This document shows, one piece after another, positions 1 to 6,562 of a stretch of DNA of 10,929 nucleotides. The position numbers and the translations under genes are program-made. Location of the stretch: positions 1-10,929 of IMG/VR virus record IMGVR_UViG_2698536418_000009; one strand, written 5' to 3'. Under the pieces are notes generated by a model. The model was not told the origin of the DNA and did no database searches. It saw only the letters and a program-made list of their open reading frames with translations. Positions within the stretch are counted from its first letter, which is position 1, and the number at the start of each line of letters is the position of its first letter. Source of the DNA: a virus (Duplodnaviria > Heunggongvirae > Uroviricota > Caudoviricetes).

Positions 1-272
1 CCGCGATTGACATACATCGGCGTTTCGGTGGTGTCTTCTTCGGAAATTTTCCCGCGGTTAGTCGGGCGAACATATGAGAGTTTGTGTTTTATTTTCACAC
101 GGTTCTCATCAAACGGTTCGATTTCCAGGTTGAGCGAGACCTTACCTTTGGTTTTCGTGTTCATCACACCGGAAGCGACTTCACTGAGAACTGCGCCGAT
201 TTTGGTTTCAAATACGCCGCCGTCCAGCTCCCCGATAAATGCCTGCACATCAGTACTGCGTTCGCTAGCCAT
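1..272 (-). CDS. Hypothetical early-left-operon protein, partial (start ATG at 272-270, runs off the left edge of the window); N-terminus MASERSTDVQAFIGELDGG...
   Basis: Reverse-strand frame open for 90 codons from ATG (plus 270-272) to the window edge. GAGGAG Shine-Dalgarno 7 nt upstream (rev-comp of 282-287). Not in the ORF track because no stop lies inside the window. Confidence 0.5.
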   Translation of the reverse strand, partial: MASERSTDVQAFIGELDGGVFETKIGAVLSEVASGVMNTKTKGKVSLNLEIEPFDENRVKIKHKLSYVRPTNRGKISEEDTTETPMYVNR

Positions 273-299
273 TTTGCTGCTCCTCATCATATCGACCCT

Positions 300-620
300 G
301 CAAGGTCGGTTGGTTTCTCCACAAAACAGAGAAGAACACCTGCGGTGGCAGCCGCCCGGATGGATTGGGTTATGAGCCCGTCGTCCGGTGATGCTCTTCT
401 CTGTTTTGTAAAAAGGACGGTACCAGCCGGAAGCAAGGATACAAGCTGATACCGCCAAGACTACACACAGCATAAAGTTGTGGTGCCGGGTGCCTCCCGG
501 TGCCTGGCGAAGGTTGCACACCAGGCGGGTGGGTATCCACAGAAGGTCGACTGTCAGCCTCAACCTTAACCCGCGTGCGCTGAGTCGCATTCACCACAAC
601 GCTAAGGATTCTCTTTGGTT
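300..620. other. GC-rich structured non-coding stretch with a perfect 15-bp inverted repeat (321-335 / 395-409) enclosing a 59-nt loop; candidate RNA element
   Basis: ACAAAACAGAGAAGA at 321-335 is the exact reverse complement of TCTTCTCTGTTTTGT at 395-409. Further short GC stems downstream (CCTGG...CCAGG, CCGGG...CCCGG). The only ORFs here are Pro/Arg-rich, implausible products. Confidence 0.3.
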
Positions 621-861
621 GAAAATACTTAGCTGTTATGTGCCTGTCTTTTCACCACTTCAGGCTCGGTGGTATCTTGGTGTTTTCATATAGCCAAGAA
701 GGAAATAGTTATGACCAAAGAAGAAAAATTCTTTATTTATTCCAACTATCGGTTAAGACTCGCACTGCATATCAGACTGCTGCCATGACATCAGATAAAA
801 ATTACAGTACGTCAGAAAACCCGATAGACGACATAAGCAAGCTTTACGATAGTTCGAAGCA

Positions 862-1038
862 CTACTCGATAAAAAGTTTGCTGAGGCTGGGCTTGAGTGA
901 TTGTTGAATAATCGACAAAACCCAACTTAAATTTTCGTCAGTGGGCTCGATGCCATGTGCGGTGAGCTCACTTTTCAAAACTCCAAGCAATTCAGAGCTG
1001 ATTTTCAATATATCTGCTTGAGTTCTAACTATTCCCAC
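862..1038 (-). CDS. Hypothetical small protein of the leftward early operon (58 aa from GTG; alternative ATG start at 1068 gives 68 aa)
   Basis: ORF track 862..1068 minus. Strong SD AGGGAGG (rev-comp) about 5 nt upstream of in-frame GTG at 1038-1036; the ATG at 1068 has no SD. Same orientation as neighbouring early-left genes. Confidence 0.4.
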   Translation of the reverse strand: MGIVRTQADILKISSELLGVLKSELTAHGIEPTDENLSWVLSIIQQSLKPSLSKLFIE

Positions 1039-1127
1039 TTTTTCCTCCCTTGGTCTACGCGCGGTCATGTTTTACGCCCAAACGACTTCACAGTTATTGT
1101 TTAAAATCTGGACTTTCATTTTGTTCT

Positions 1128-1331
1128 TTAACCTCCAGATTTCAGCGTATCTAAAGGCGCATTCTCATTTGGTGTGAACCGAATAGTTGTGCTGATATTG
1201 ATTAATGCCCCGACACACAAGACTACGCACTCAGAGCAGATAGCAACTTCATCTTTTCCGCCTTTGGCGATGATTTTTTTTGCCTGCAGCTCGTTTGCGC
1301 CACAAAACGAGCATGTGAAATAACTGTTCAT
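1128..1331 (-). CDS. Stand-alone ClpX-type C4 zinc-ribbon protein (zf-C4_ClpX-like), about 67 aa
   Basis: Product contains CSFCG...(21 aa)...CSECVVLC, matching the Cys spacing and local residues of the ClpX N-terminal zinc-binding domain (E. coli ClpX: [32 protein letters not shown]). Start is uncertain: the track begins at 1349, the internal Met is at 1331, and my hand reverse-complement near 1317-1321 did not reproduce the track frame. Confidence 0.5.
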   Translation of the reverse strand: MNSYFTCSFCGANELQAKKIIAKGGKDEVAICSECVVLCVGALINISTTIRFTPNENAPLDTLKSGG

Positions 1332-1441
1332 TTGTGCTCTCTTACACATAGTATTTAACGAATCATCCGGTCATTCATACGCCACCGGCGGCTACTTCGT
1401 GGGCGTCCTGCCTGTTCGTTACTGCAACATCTTTAAGTTGT

Positions 1442-1474
1442 AATCTAGTTGTTGTTTTGGTTGTTGTCAACAAC
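1442..1474 (-). promoter_or_regulatory. pL-like leftward early promoter with overlapping operator palindrome (OL)
   Basis: On the minus strand: -35 TTGACA (plus 1465-1470), 17-bp spacer, -10 TAGATT (plus 1442-1447). Palindrome GTTGTTG-T-CAACAAC at 1460-1474 overlaps the -35; another GTTGTTG at 1448-1454. Confidence 0.4.
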
Positions 1475-1664
1475 TTTATGTGGTTTTGACGGATGTGAAA
1501 TGAGGGCAAGGGTTATCAAAAAAGAAGGTTGTATGGACGATGCGCTTTTAATTACACAAGGGACACTTTCCTTCCGTGATTGGAAACTCTCAAATCACGG
1601 GAGGAAGATTGAAAAGGCGGGTAATAATGGTAACTAAATTTCTGAAGGAAGGTTTTTTGATGCA

Positions 1665-2351
1665 TTACCAAGTGCGCGATGACCAGAATACTCTACCTAT
1701 AACGTGAATTCTGGAACGCCTATCTTCGAAGGTGAGTATTTCATCTGGATACTCATCTTTATTGAAACTTCTTAGAATCAGACCACCGTCAGGTAAATTG
1801 ATCAATATTTTAACTCTAAGTAATACGCCATCACGTATGGCATAAAGATCCCCATCACGAATAGGAACCGTTTGGGAAACATCAACAGCAACAAAATCTC
1901 CATTGTTAAGTACAGGTAGTAAACTATTGCCCCAAATTTTTACGATCTTTGCATTGGAGACACATACACCAGCTTTTCTTAAATCAATCCTTCTTAGCGG
2001 GAACCAGTCTACAGTTGATTCAACTATTTCAGCCAAACATCCATTACCCGCTGATAACTCGACATCTAGGACTGGAATGTTTGCAAAAATGTCAGGATCT
2101 AATGCTGTACTTTCAGCCTCCTTTACAACAAGGTCTGGGAAAGACGCGTTATCCTCAATTCCCAATTGCAACCACTTTTGAGAAACCCCTAACACTTTAG
2201 CAATCTCTTTAATTTTCCGAGGCTGTTGAGTTTCTCCATTCTCGATTTTCGCTACGGATTGTTGTGAAAGCCCAATTTTTTCAGCTAGTTGCGCCTGACT
2301 CATTCCTGCTTTTTCTCTTTCGCTTTTTAGTCTTTCTGCCAATGTTTTCAC
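1665..2351 (-). CDS. cI: Phage CI-type repressor: N-terminal XRE-family HTH plus C-terminal S24 (LexA-like) autopeptidase domain
   Basis: 228-aa ORF. N-terminus has the HTH_XRE signature (AGMSQAQLAEKIGLSQQSVAKIENGETQQP); the C-terminal half has the size and layout of an S24 peptidase domain, but I did not identify the catalytic Ser/Lys. Transcribed divergently from the cro-like gene. GTG start with GAGGGGGA SD. Confidence 0.88.
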   Translation of the reverse strand: MKTLAERLKSEREKAGMSQAQLAEKIGLSQQSVAKIENGETQQPRKIKEIAKVLGVSQKWLQLGIEDNASFPDLVVKEAESTALDPDIFANIPVLDVELSAGNGCLAEIVESTVDWFPLRRIDLRKAGVCVSNAKIVKIWGNSLLPVLNNGDFVAVDVSQTVPIRDGDLYAIRDGVLLRVKILINLPDGGLILRSFNKDEYPDEILTFEDRRSRIHVIGRVFWSSRTW

Positions 2352-2378
2352 AACATATCCCCCTCGTTTTTATTGAGG

Positions 2379-2470
2379 TTACAACTTTATGTTTTAGCTT
2401 TCCAACATCTAAAAGTTGTGATAAAAGTTGTTGTAGTTGTATAATCGAAGTTATCAACAACTTTACTACT
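2379..2470 (+). promoter_or_regulatory. OR/pR-like region: rightward promoter (-35 TTGTGA 2416-2421, -10 TATAAT 2440-2445) flanked by operator half-sites
   Basis: Consensus -10 TATAAT with an 18-bp spacer to TTGTGA. Half-sites ACAACTTT (2381-2388), AAAGTTGT (2412-2419), GTTGTTG (2427-2433) and CAACAAC (2455-2461), the same motif family as at OL. AGGAG SD precedes the cro-like ATG at 2489. Confidence 0.45.
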
Positions 2471-2488
2471 TACAGATAGGAGAAAGCT

Positions 2489-2737
2489 ATGACACCTGAG
2501 CAATTAGCCTTATCAGAGGCAATCGCTCTGGCTGGTGGTCAATCAGAATTGGCTCGGAAGCTCACAGCCAGCAGTGGTCGTTTAGTAAAGCAACAACATG
2601 TCTGGAACTGGTTGAACAGAGAAAAGCGTCCCCCTGCAAAGCTCTCGATATTTATTGAAATGACCACTGGCGTATCAAAAGAAAAATTACGTCCAGATAT
2701 TTTTCAAAAGATTAAAGACTTATCAGATGGAAAGTAA
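2489..2737 (+). CDS. Cro-like / YdaS-family HTH regulator (82 aa)
   Basis: First gene rightward of the immunity promoter region. Motif AGGQSELARKL ... RPDIF is typical of the small Cro/YdaS-like (DUF1870-type) prophage regulators. AGGAGA SD 4 nt upstream of the ATG. Confidence 0.7.
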   Translation: MTPEQLALSEAIALAGGQSELARKLTASSGRLVKQQHVWNWLNREKRPPAKLSIFIEMTTGVSKEKLRPDIFQKIKDLSDGK

Positions 2738-3197
2738 CCACAGTTTTAAGGAGATAGCCGTGGGTAAGCATCACTGGAAAGTAGAAAAACAGCCTGAGTG
2801 GTACGTGAAAGCTGTCAGAAAAACTATCGCAACGTTGCCGGGTGGTTACGCTGAAGCAGCTGACTGGCTGGATGTAACAGAGAACGCATTATTTAACCGC
2901 CTTCGTGCCGATGGCGATCAGATTTTCCCGCTGGGATGGGCAATGATTTTGCAACGTGCTGGTGGAACTCACTTCATTGCTGACGCTGTGGCGCAGTCTG
3001 CAAATGGCGTCTTTGTGTCTCTTCCTGACGTCGAGGATGTGGACAACGCCGATATAAACCAGCGCCTGCTGGAAGTCATCGAACAGATCGGGAGTTACTC
3101 AAAGCAGATTCGTTCGGCAATCGAAGATGGGGTAGTGGAGCCACACGAGCAGACAGCAATTAATGATGAGTTGTATCTGTCAATTTCGAAGCTCTAG
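2727..3197 (+). CDS. CII-like early regulator (phage CII/CP76- or YdaT-type), 145-156 aa
   Basis: Sits immediately after the cro-like gene; size and position fit CII-like prophage regulators. ATG at 2727 overlaps the cro-like stop; an in-frame GTG at 2760 has a strong AAGGAG SD (2748-2753), so the true start may be 2760. Confidence 0.55.
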   Translation: MESNHSFKEIAVGKHHWKVEKQPEWYVKAVRKTIATLPGGYAEAADWLDVTENALFNRLRADGDQIFPLGWAMILQRAGGTHFIADAVAQSANGVFVSLPDVEDVDNADINQRLLEVIEQIGSYSKQIRSAIEDGVVEPHEQTAINDELYLSISKL

Positions 3198-3492
3198 GAG
3201 CATGCAGCACTGGTCTACAAAATCTTTTGCGCTCCAGAAGAGAGTAACGCCCGCGAGTGTGCAGCTCCGGGCGTCGTGGCGTCGATTGCTTCTGGTTGTG
3301 GAGAAACTAACGCATGAACAGTTTAACAACACACTACCGTCGCTCGCAACTGATTGCGCTTCCTGTACCGGGTGGAAAAGCGAAGGTGGAGTATTGCTAT
3401 GCAGTGAATGTACCAGGTGACAGGGAAATTGTAACCCACAGCTTTGCAGAGTGGGCTGTGGGTGATTTCAACCGGCAGAAGGAGACAGTCCT

Positions 3493-3705
3493 TTGCGACA
3501 AGTTAACCGCTGGTTCAAAGATCACTACGGAGTGCCCGTCAGAGTCATTCGTTGGGAGCCGGAAACACAACGGGTTATCTACCTCCGTGAAGGCTATGAA
3601 CATGAATGCTTCAGTCCGCTCGAACAGTTTCGTCGTAAATTCAGGGAAATAGAGGTCGGTCATGAGCCTGTTAATGACATCCCAGCCCATTGTGATAAAT
3701 CGTGA
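3493..3705 (+). CDS. Small conserved protein (70 aa, TTG start) directly upstream of and overlapping the O-like gene
   Basis: AAGGAG SD (3479-3484) 8 nt upstream of TTG 3493. All five nucleotide differences between the two copies in this ORF (3573, 3588, 3600, 3606, 3615) are synonymous third-position changes in this frame and would be nonsynonymous in the overlapping frame of ORF 3314..3652. Confidence 0.5.
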   Translation: MRQVNRWFKDHYGVPVRVIRWEPETQRVIYLREGYEHECFSPLEQFRRKFREIEVGHEPVNDIPAHCDKS

Positions 3706-4021
3706 TCTTGCATGCCGTATTGGTCTGAATGAGGCAATTGTGTTGCAGCAGCTTCATTACTGGCTGAATGAAACGAATTCAGGCACTGAGCATGGCGGAA
3801 TTCGCTGGGTTTATAACACGACAGAACAGTGGCTGGAGCAGTTTCCGTTCTGGTCAGAGTCCACTCTGAAACGCACATTTGCAAGCCTGAAATCACTTGG
3901 GGTTTTGCGTCGCGAGCAACTCAATAAATCGAAGCGTGACATGACCAACTTCTACACGATCAACTATGAAAGTGAGCTTTTAGAAGAGGTCAAAATGCAC
4001 TTCTCCATCGGGTCAAAGTGA
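3662..4021 (+). CDS. O-like replication initiator, N-terminal DNA-binding domain (119 aa), separated from the C-terminal domain by an in-iteron TGA stop and frame change
   Basis: GAGGT SD before ATG 3662. Product ends ...HFSIGSK inside the iteron array. The next ORF (4026..4631) is in a different frame and matches the C-terminal two-thirds of the intact O-like protein at 6552..7493. Confidence 0.55.
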   Translation: MSLLMTSQPIVINRDLACRIGLNEAIVLQQLHYWLNETNSGTEHGGIRWVYNTTEQWLEQFPFWSESTLKRTFASLKSLGVLRREQLNKSKRDMTNFYTINYESELLEEVKMHFSIGSK

Positions 4022-4138
4022 CCTGATGGATGGGCGCAAAATGATACGATCCATTGGTTCAAAACGACACGCTGTCATCGGGTCAAAATGGCCCAATGAT
4101 CTTACAGAGAATACAACAGAGATTACTACAGAGAATAA
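3986..4138 (+). repeat. Candidate ori iterons of copy 1: four GGTCAAA-core repeats (3986-4000, 4008-4023, 4054-4070, 4078-4094) plus three tandem 12-bp A-rich repeats (4103-4138)
   Basis: Direct repeats GAGGTCAAAATGCAC / TCGGGTCAAAGTGACC / TTGGTTCAAAACGACAC / TCGGGTCAAAATGGCCC, then TACAGAGAATAC / AACAGAGATTAC / TACAGAGAATAA. They sit at the N-domain/C-domain junction of the O-like gene, the same place lambda ori sits in gene O. Confidence 0.5.
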
Positions 4139-4631
4139 AACCTCTTCTCGTCCGGACGCTTCGCAACCGGACACGCAAACGGCTGAACAGGAGTTTTTAA
4201 CTCGCCATCCTGATGCGGTTGTATTCAGCCCTAAAAAGCGCCAGTGGGGAACGCAGGATGATTTGACCTGCGCACAGTGGCTCTGGAAAAAAATCATCGC
4301 CCTGTACGAGCAGGCCGCCGAATGTGACGGCGAGGTGGTTCGTCCCAAAGAACCGAACTGGACAGCATGGGCAAACGAAATTCGCCTGATGTGTGTGCAG
4401 GATGGTCGTACTCACAAACAAATCTGCGAGATGTACAGCCGCGTCAGCCGCGATCCGTTCTGGTGCCGTAACGTGCTCAGCCCGTCGAAGTTGCGGGAAA
4501 AATGGGATGAGCTTTCCCTGCGCTTATCGCCGTCCGTCAGCACGCACACAGAAAAACGTGAAGACCCGTACTTCAAAGCCAGTTACGACAACGTGGACTA
4601 CAGCCAGATCCCGGCAGGATTCAGGGGGTGA
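4026..4631 (+). CDS. O-like replication initiator, C-terminal domain ORF (201 aa); possibly the 3' part of a disrupted O gene
   Basis: Residues from TSSRPDASQPDTQTAEQ onward match the C-terminal region of ORF 6552..7493 apart from a few substitutions. Weak SD before ATG 4026. Confidence 0.55.
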   Translation: MDGRKMIRSIGSKRHAVIGSKWPNDLTENTTEITTENKTSSRPDASQPDTQTAEQEFLTRHPDAVVFSPKKRQWGTQDDLTCAQWLWKKIIALYEQAAECDGEVVRPKEPNWTAWANEIRLMCVQDGRTHKQICEMYSRVSRDPFWCRNVLSPSKLREKWDELSLRLSPSVSTHTEKREDPYFKASYDNVDYSQIPAGFRG

Positions 4632-4633
4632 TC

Positions 4634-4726
4634 ATGAGTCTGTTAAATGACGTTCAGAAATTCATTGAAGCCCATCCGGGCTGTACTTCCGGAGACATTG
4701 CGGATGCTTTTTACGTGGGGGCTTAA
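4634..4726 (+). pseudogene. 30-codon remnant of the PerC-like regulator gene (in-frame 396-bp internal deletion relative to 7496..7984)
   Basis: Encodes MSLLNDVQKFIEAHPGCTSGDIADAF + YVGA, i.e. the first 26 and last 4 codons of the 162-aa copy-2 protein. Deletion junction near 4708-4712 in a short T-run. The stop/start overlap TAATG with the methyltransferase gene is retained. Confidence 0.5.
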
Positions 4727-5379
4727 TGAGTAATAAATATTGCCAGGCGCTGGTAGAACTGCGGAACAAACCAGCCCATGAACTGAAGGAAGTGGGCGAT
4801 CAGTGGCGCACGCCGGACAACATTTTCTGGGGAATTAACACCTTGTTTGGTCCGTTTGTTCTGGATCTGTTCACTGACGGTGATAACGCCAAATGTGCCG
4901 CGTATTACACGGCGGAAGACAACGCGCTGGCGCATGACTGGTCAGAACGTCTTGCGGAGCTTAAAGGTGCTGCCTTTGGCAATCCCCCGTACAGCCGCGC
5001 CAGTCAGCATGAGGGGCAATACATCACCGGCATGCGTTACATCATGAAGCATGCCAGTGCCATGCGTGATAAAGGCGGGCGCTATGTTTTCCTGATCAAA
5101 GCTGCCACCGGCGAAGTGTGGTGGCCGGAAGGTGCAGATCATATTGCTTTTATTCGCGGGCGTATTGGTTTTGAACTGCCTGCCTGGTTTATCCCGAAAG
5201 ACGAAAAGCAGGTGCCAACAGGTGCTTTCTTCGCTGGTGCTATTGCTGTTTTCGACAAGACCTGGAAGGGACCGGCAATCAGCTACATCGGGCGCGATGA
5301 ACTTGAGGCATGTGGTGAGGCATTTCTGGCGCAGGTTCGCCAGCAGGCGGAAAAACTGGTCAGGGAGATGGTGGCATGA
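4726..5379 (+). CDS. Phage DNA N6-adenine methyltransferase (orphan, Dam-like), copy 1
   Basis: 217 aa with the catalytic motif GNPPYS (the (D/N/S)PP(Y/F) motif IV of N6-adenine MTases). Start overlaps the upstream stop (TAATG); stop overlaps the rusA start (ATGA). Confidence 0.8.
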   Translation: MSNKYCQALVELRNKPAHELKEVGDQWRTPDNIFWGINTLFGPFVLDLFTDGDNAKCAAYYTAEDNALAHDWSERLAELKGAAFGNPPYSRASQHEGQYITGMRYIMKHASAMRDKGGRYVFLIKAATGEVWWPEGADHIAFIRGRIGFELPAWFIPKDEKQVPTGAFFAGAIAVFDKTWKGPAISYIGRDELEACGEAFLAQVRQQAEKLVREMVA

Positions 5380-5765
5380 AGCTAATACTGCCTTTTCCGC
5401 CCAGCGTGAACACGTACTGGCGACACCCCAACAAAGGGGCATTTGCTGGTAAGAGCCTGATAAGCGAGGCGGGGCGAAAATTTCAGAGCGCGGCGTGTGC
5501 CGCCATCATTGAGCAGTTACGTCGTCTGCCGAAACCAACGTCGGCACCTGCTTCAGTGGAGATCGTGTTGTTTCCTCCGGATAACAGGATCCGCGATCTG
5601 GACAACTATAACAAGGCGCTGTTTGACGCCCTGACCCACGCGGGTGTGTGGGAAGACGACAGTCAGGTGAAAAGAATGCTGGTGGAGTGGGGACCGGTTA
5701 TCCCGAAAGGGAAGGTCGAGATCACTATCAGTAAGTACGAGAAAACGGCGGGTGCAGCCGCCTGA
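5376..5765 (+). CDS. rusA: RusA-family Holliday junction resolvase, copy 1
   Basis: 129 aa; MKLILPFPPSVNTYW... and RDLDNYNKALFDALTHAGVWEDDSQV follow the RusA layout. Typical nin-region position. Confidence 0.85.
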   Translation: MKLILPFPPSVNTYWRHPNKGAFAGKSLISEAGRKFQSAACAAIIEQLRRLPKPTSAPASVEIVLFPPDNRIRDLDNYNKALFDALTHAGVWEDDSQVKRMLVEWGPVIPKGKVEITISKYEKTAGAAA

Positions 5766-5784
5766 TCAAGAGGAGAAACGAAGT

Positions 5785-6207
5785 ATGAATAATCTGATGG
5801 TCATTGATGGTATTGAAGTTCGTCGTGATGTTTATGGGCGTTACAGCCTGAACGATCTACATCACGCAGCAGTAGCATCTGGTGCAAATGCCAGAACCAA
5901 GGAGCCAGGAAAGTTTCTTTCCAGCCAACAAACTGTTGAACTTGTTCATGAATTGACCAACACCCAGAATTTGGGTGTTGACCCGGTGAGTGTGATTCAT
6001 GGGGGAAATGAACGGGGAACGTATGTCTGCAAGGAACTGGTGTATGCCTATGCAATGTGGATCAGCCCGTCATTCCATCTGAAGGTGATCCGTACTTTCG
6101 ATATGGTAACCAGCGCACCGGAAAAATTATCCGGACAGGCTGCTGACAAGATGCAGGCTGGCGTGATCCTGCTGGACTTTATGCGATGTGGAGAAACTAA
6201 CGCATGA
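5785..6207 (+). CDS. KilA-N domain protein, copy 1, C-terminally truncated at the duplication junction (140 aa)
   Basis: AGGAG SD 9 nt before ATG 5785. Matches the first 133 residues of ORF 9366..10175, then diverges at 6186 into 7 novel codons (CGETNA plus stop) supplied by the start of unit 2. Confidence 0.65.
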   Translation: MNNLMVIDGIEVRRDVYGRYSLNDLHHAAVASGANARTKEPGKFLSSQQTVELVHELTNTQNLGVDPVSVIHGGNERGTYVCKELVYAYAMWISPSFHLKVIRTFDMVTSAPEKLSGQAADKMQAGVILLDFMRCGETNA

Positions 6208-6382
6208 ACAGTTTAACAACACACTACCGTCGCTCGCAACTGATTGCGCTTCCTGTACCGGGTGGAAAAGCGAAGGTGGAGTATTGCTATGCAGTAAATG
6301 TACCAGGTGACAGGGAAATTGTAACCCACAGCTTTGCAGAGTGGGCTGTGGGTGATTTCAACCGGCAGAAGGAGACAGTCCT

Positions 6383-6562
6383 TTGCGACAAGTTAACCGC
6401 TGGTTCAAAGATCACTACGGAGTGCCCGTCAGAGTCATTCGTTGGGAGCCGGAAACACAACGTGTTATCTACCTCCGCGAAGGCTATGAGCATGAGTGCT
6501 TCAGCCCGCTCGAACAGTTTCGTCGTAAATTCAGGGAAATAGAGGTCGGTCATGAGCACTAA
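6383..6562 (+). CDS. Small conserved protein, copy 2 (59 aa, TTG start), overlapping the start of the intact O-like gene
   Basis: Same SD and TTG as at 3493; coding sequence differs from copy 1 only by synonymous changes up to the repeat boundary. Below the ORF-track length cutoff. Confidence 0.45.
   Translation: MRQVNRWFKDHYGVPVRVIRWEPETQRVIYLREGYEHECFSPLEQFRRKFREIEVGHEH

Larger units (their letters stand above)
3297..6185. repeat. Tandem repeat unit 1 of the replication/nin module (diverged copy of 6187-9766)
   Basis: 3297-3667 matches 6187-6557; 4144-4711 matches 7006-7573; 4713-5379 matches 7971-8637; 5376-6185 matches 8957-9766. By eye the copies differ at a few percent of positions, with three non-homologous or indel segments. 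Confidence 0.85.

Noticed and set aside
370-597. Minus-strand 75-aa ORF and plus ORFs 7..375 / 84..449 in the GC-rich structured region and over the left-edge gene
   Set aside because: Pro/Gly/Arg-rich low-complexity products with no SD. The region is better explained by the minus-strand partial gene (1-272) plus a structured non-coding element.
300-620. DicF-like or other named prophage sRNA
   Set aside because: I could not match the sequence to DicF or any RNA I can recall, and no intrinsic terminator is present. Reported only as an unclassified structured element.
1449-1637. Plus-strand 62-aa ORF between the leftward operon and cI
   Set aside because: Starts with TTG inside the pL/OL promoter-operator region, has no SD, and runs against the expected leftward transcription. 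More likely regulatory DNA.
3240-3290. Intrinsic terminator between the CII-like gene and the replication module (stem ACGCCCG / CGGGCGT)
   Set aside because: A 7-bp stem with a 14-nt loop and no following U-run. Could be a Rho-dependent or antitermination-related site but not a supportable terminator call.
3163-3420. 85-aa ORF overlapping the end of the CII-like gene
   Set aside because: Begins inside the CII-like gene in another frame with no SD, and the one copy-to-copy difference in this stretch (3406) is nonsynonymous in its frame.
4942-5442. Minus-strand ORFs of 166 and 193 aa (4942..5442 and 8200..8781) and plus-strand alternative-frame ORFs (5132..5452, 8390..8902) inside the MTase/rusA genes
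   Set aside because: They overlap well-supported, motif-bearing genes on the other strand or frame and have Arg/Pro/Cys-rich composition typical of shadow ORFs in GC-rich coding sequence.
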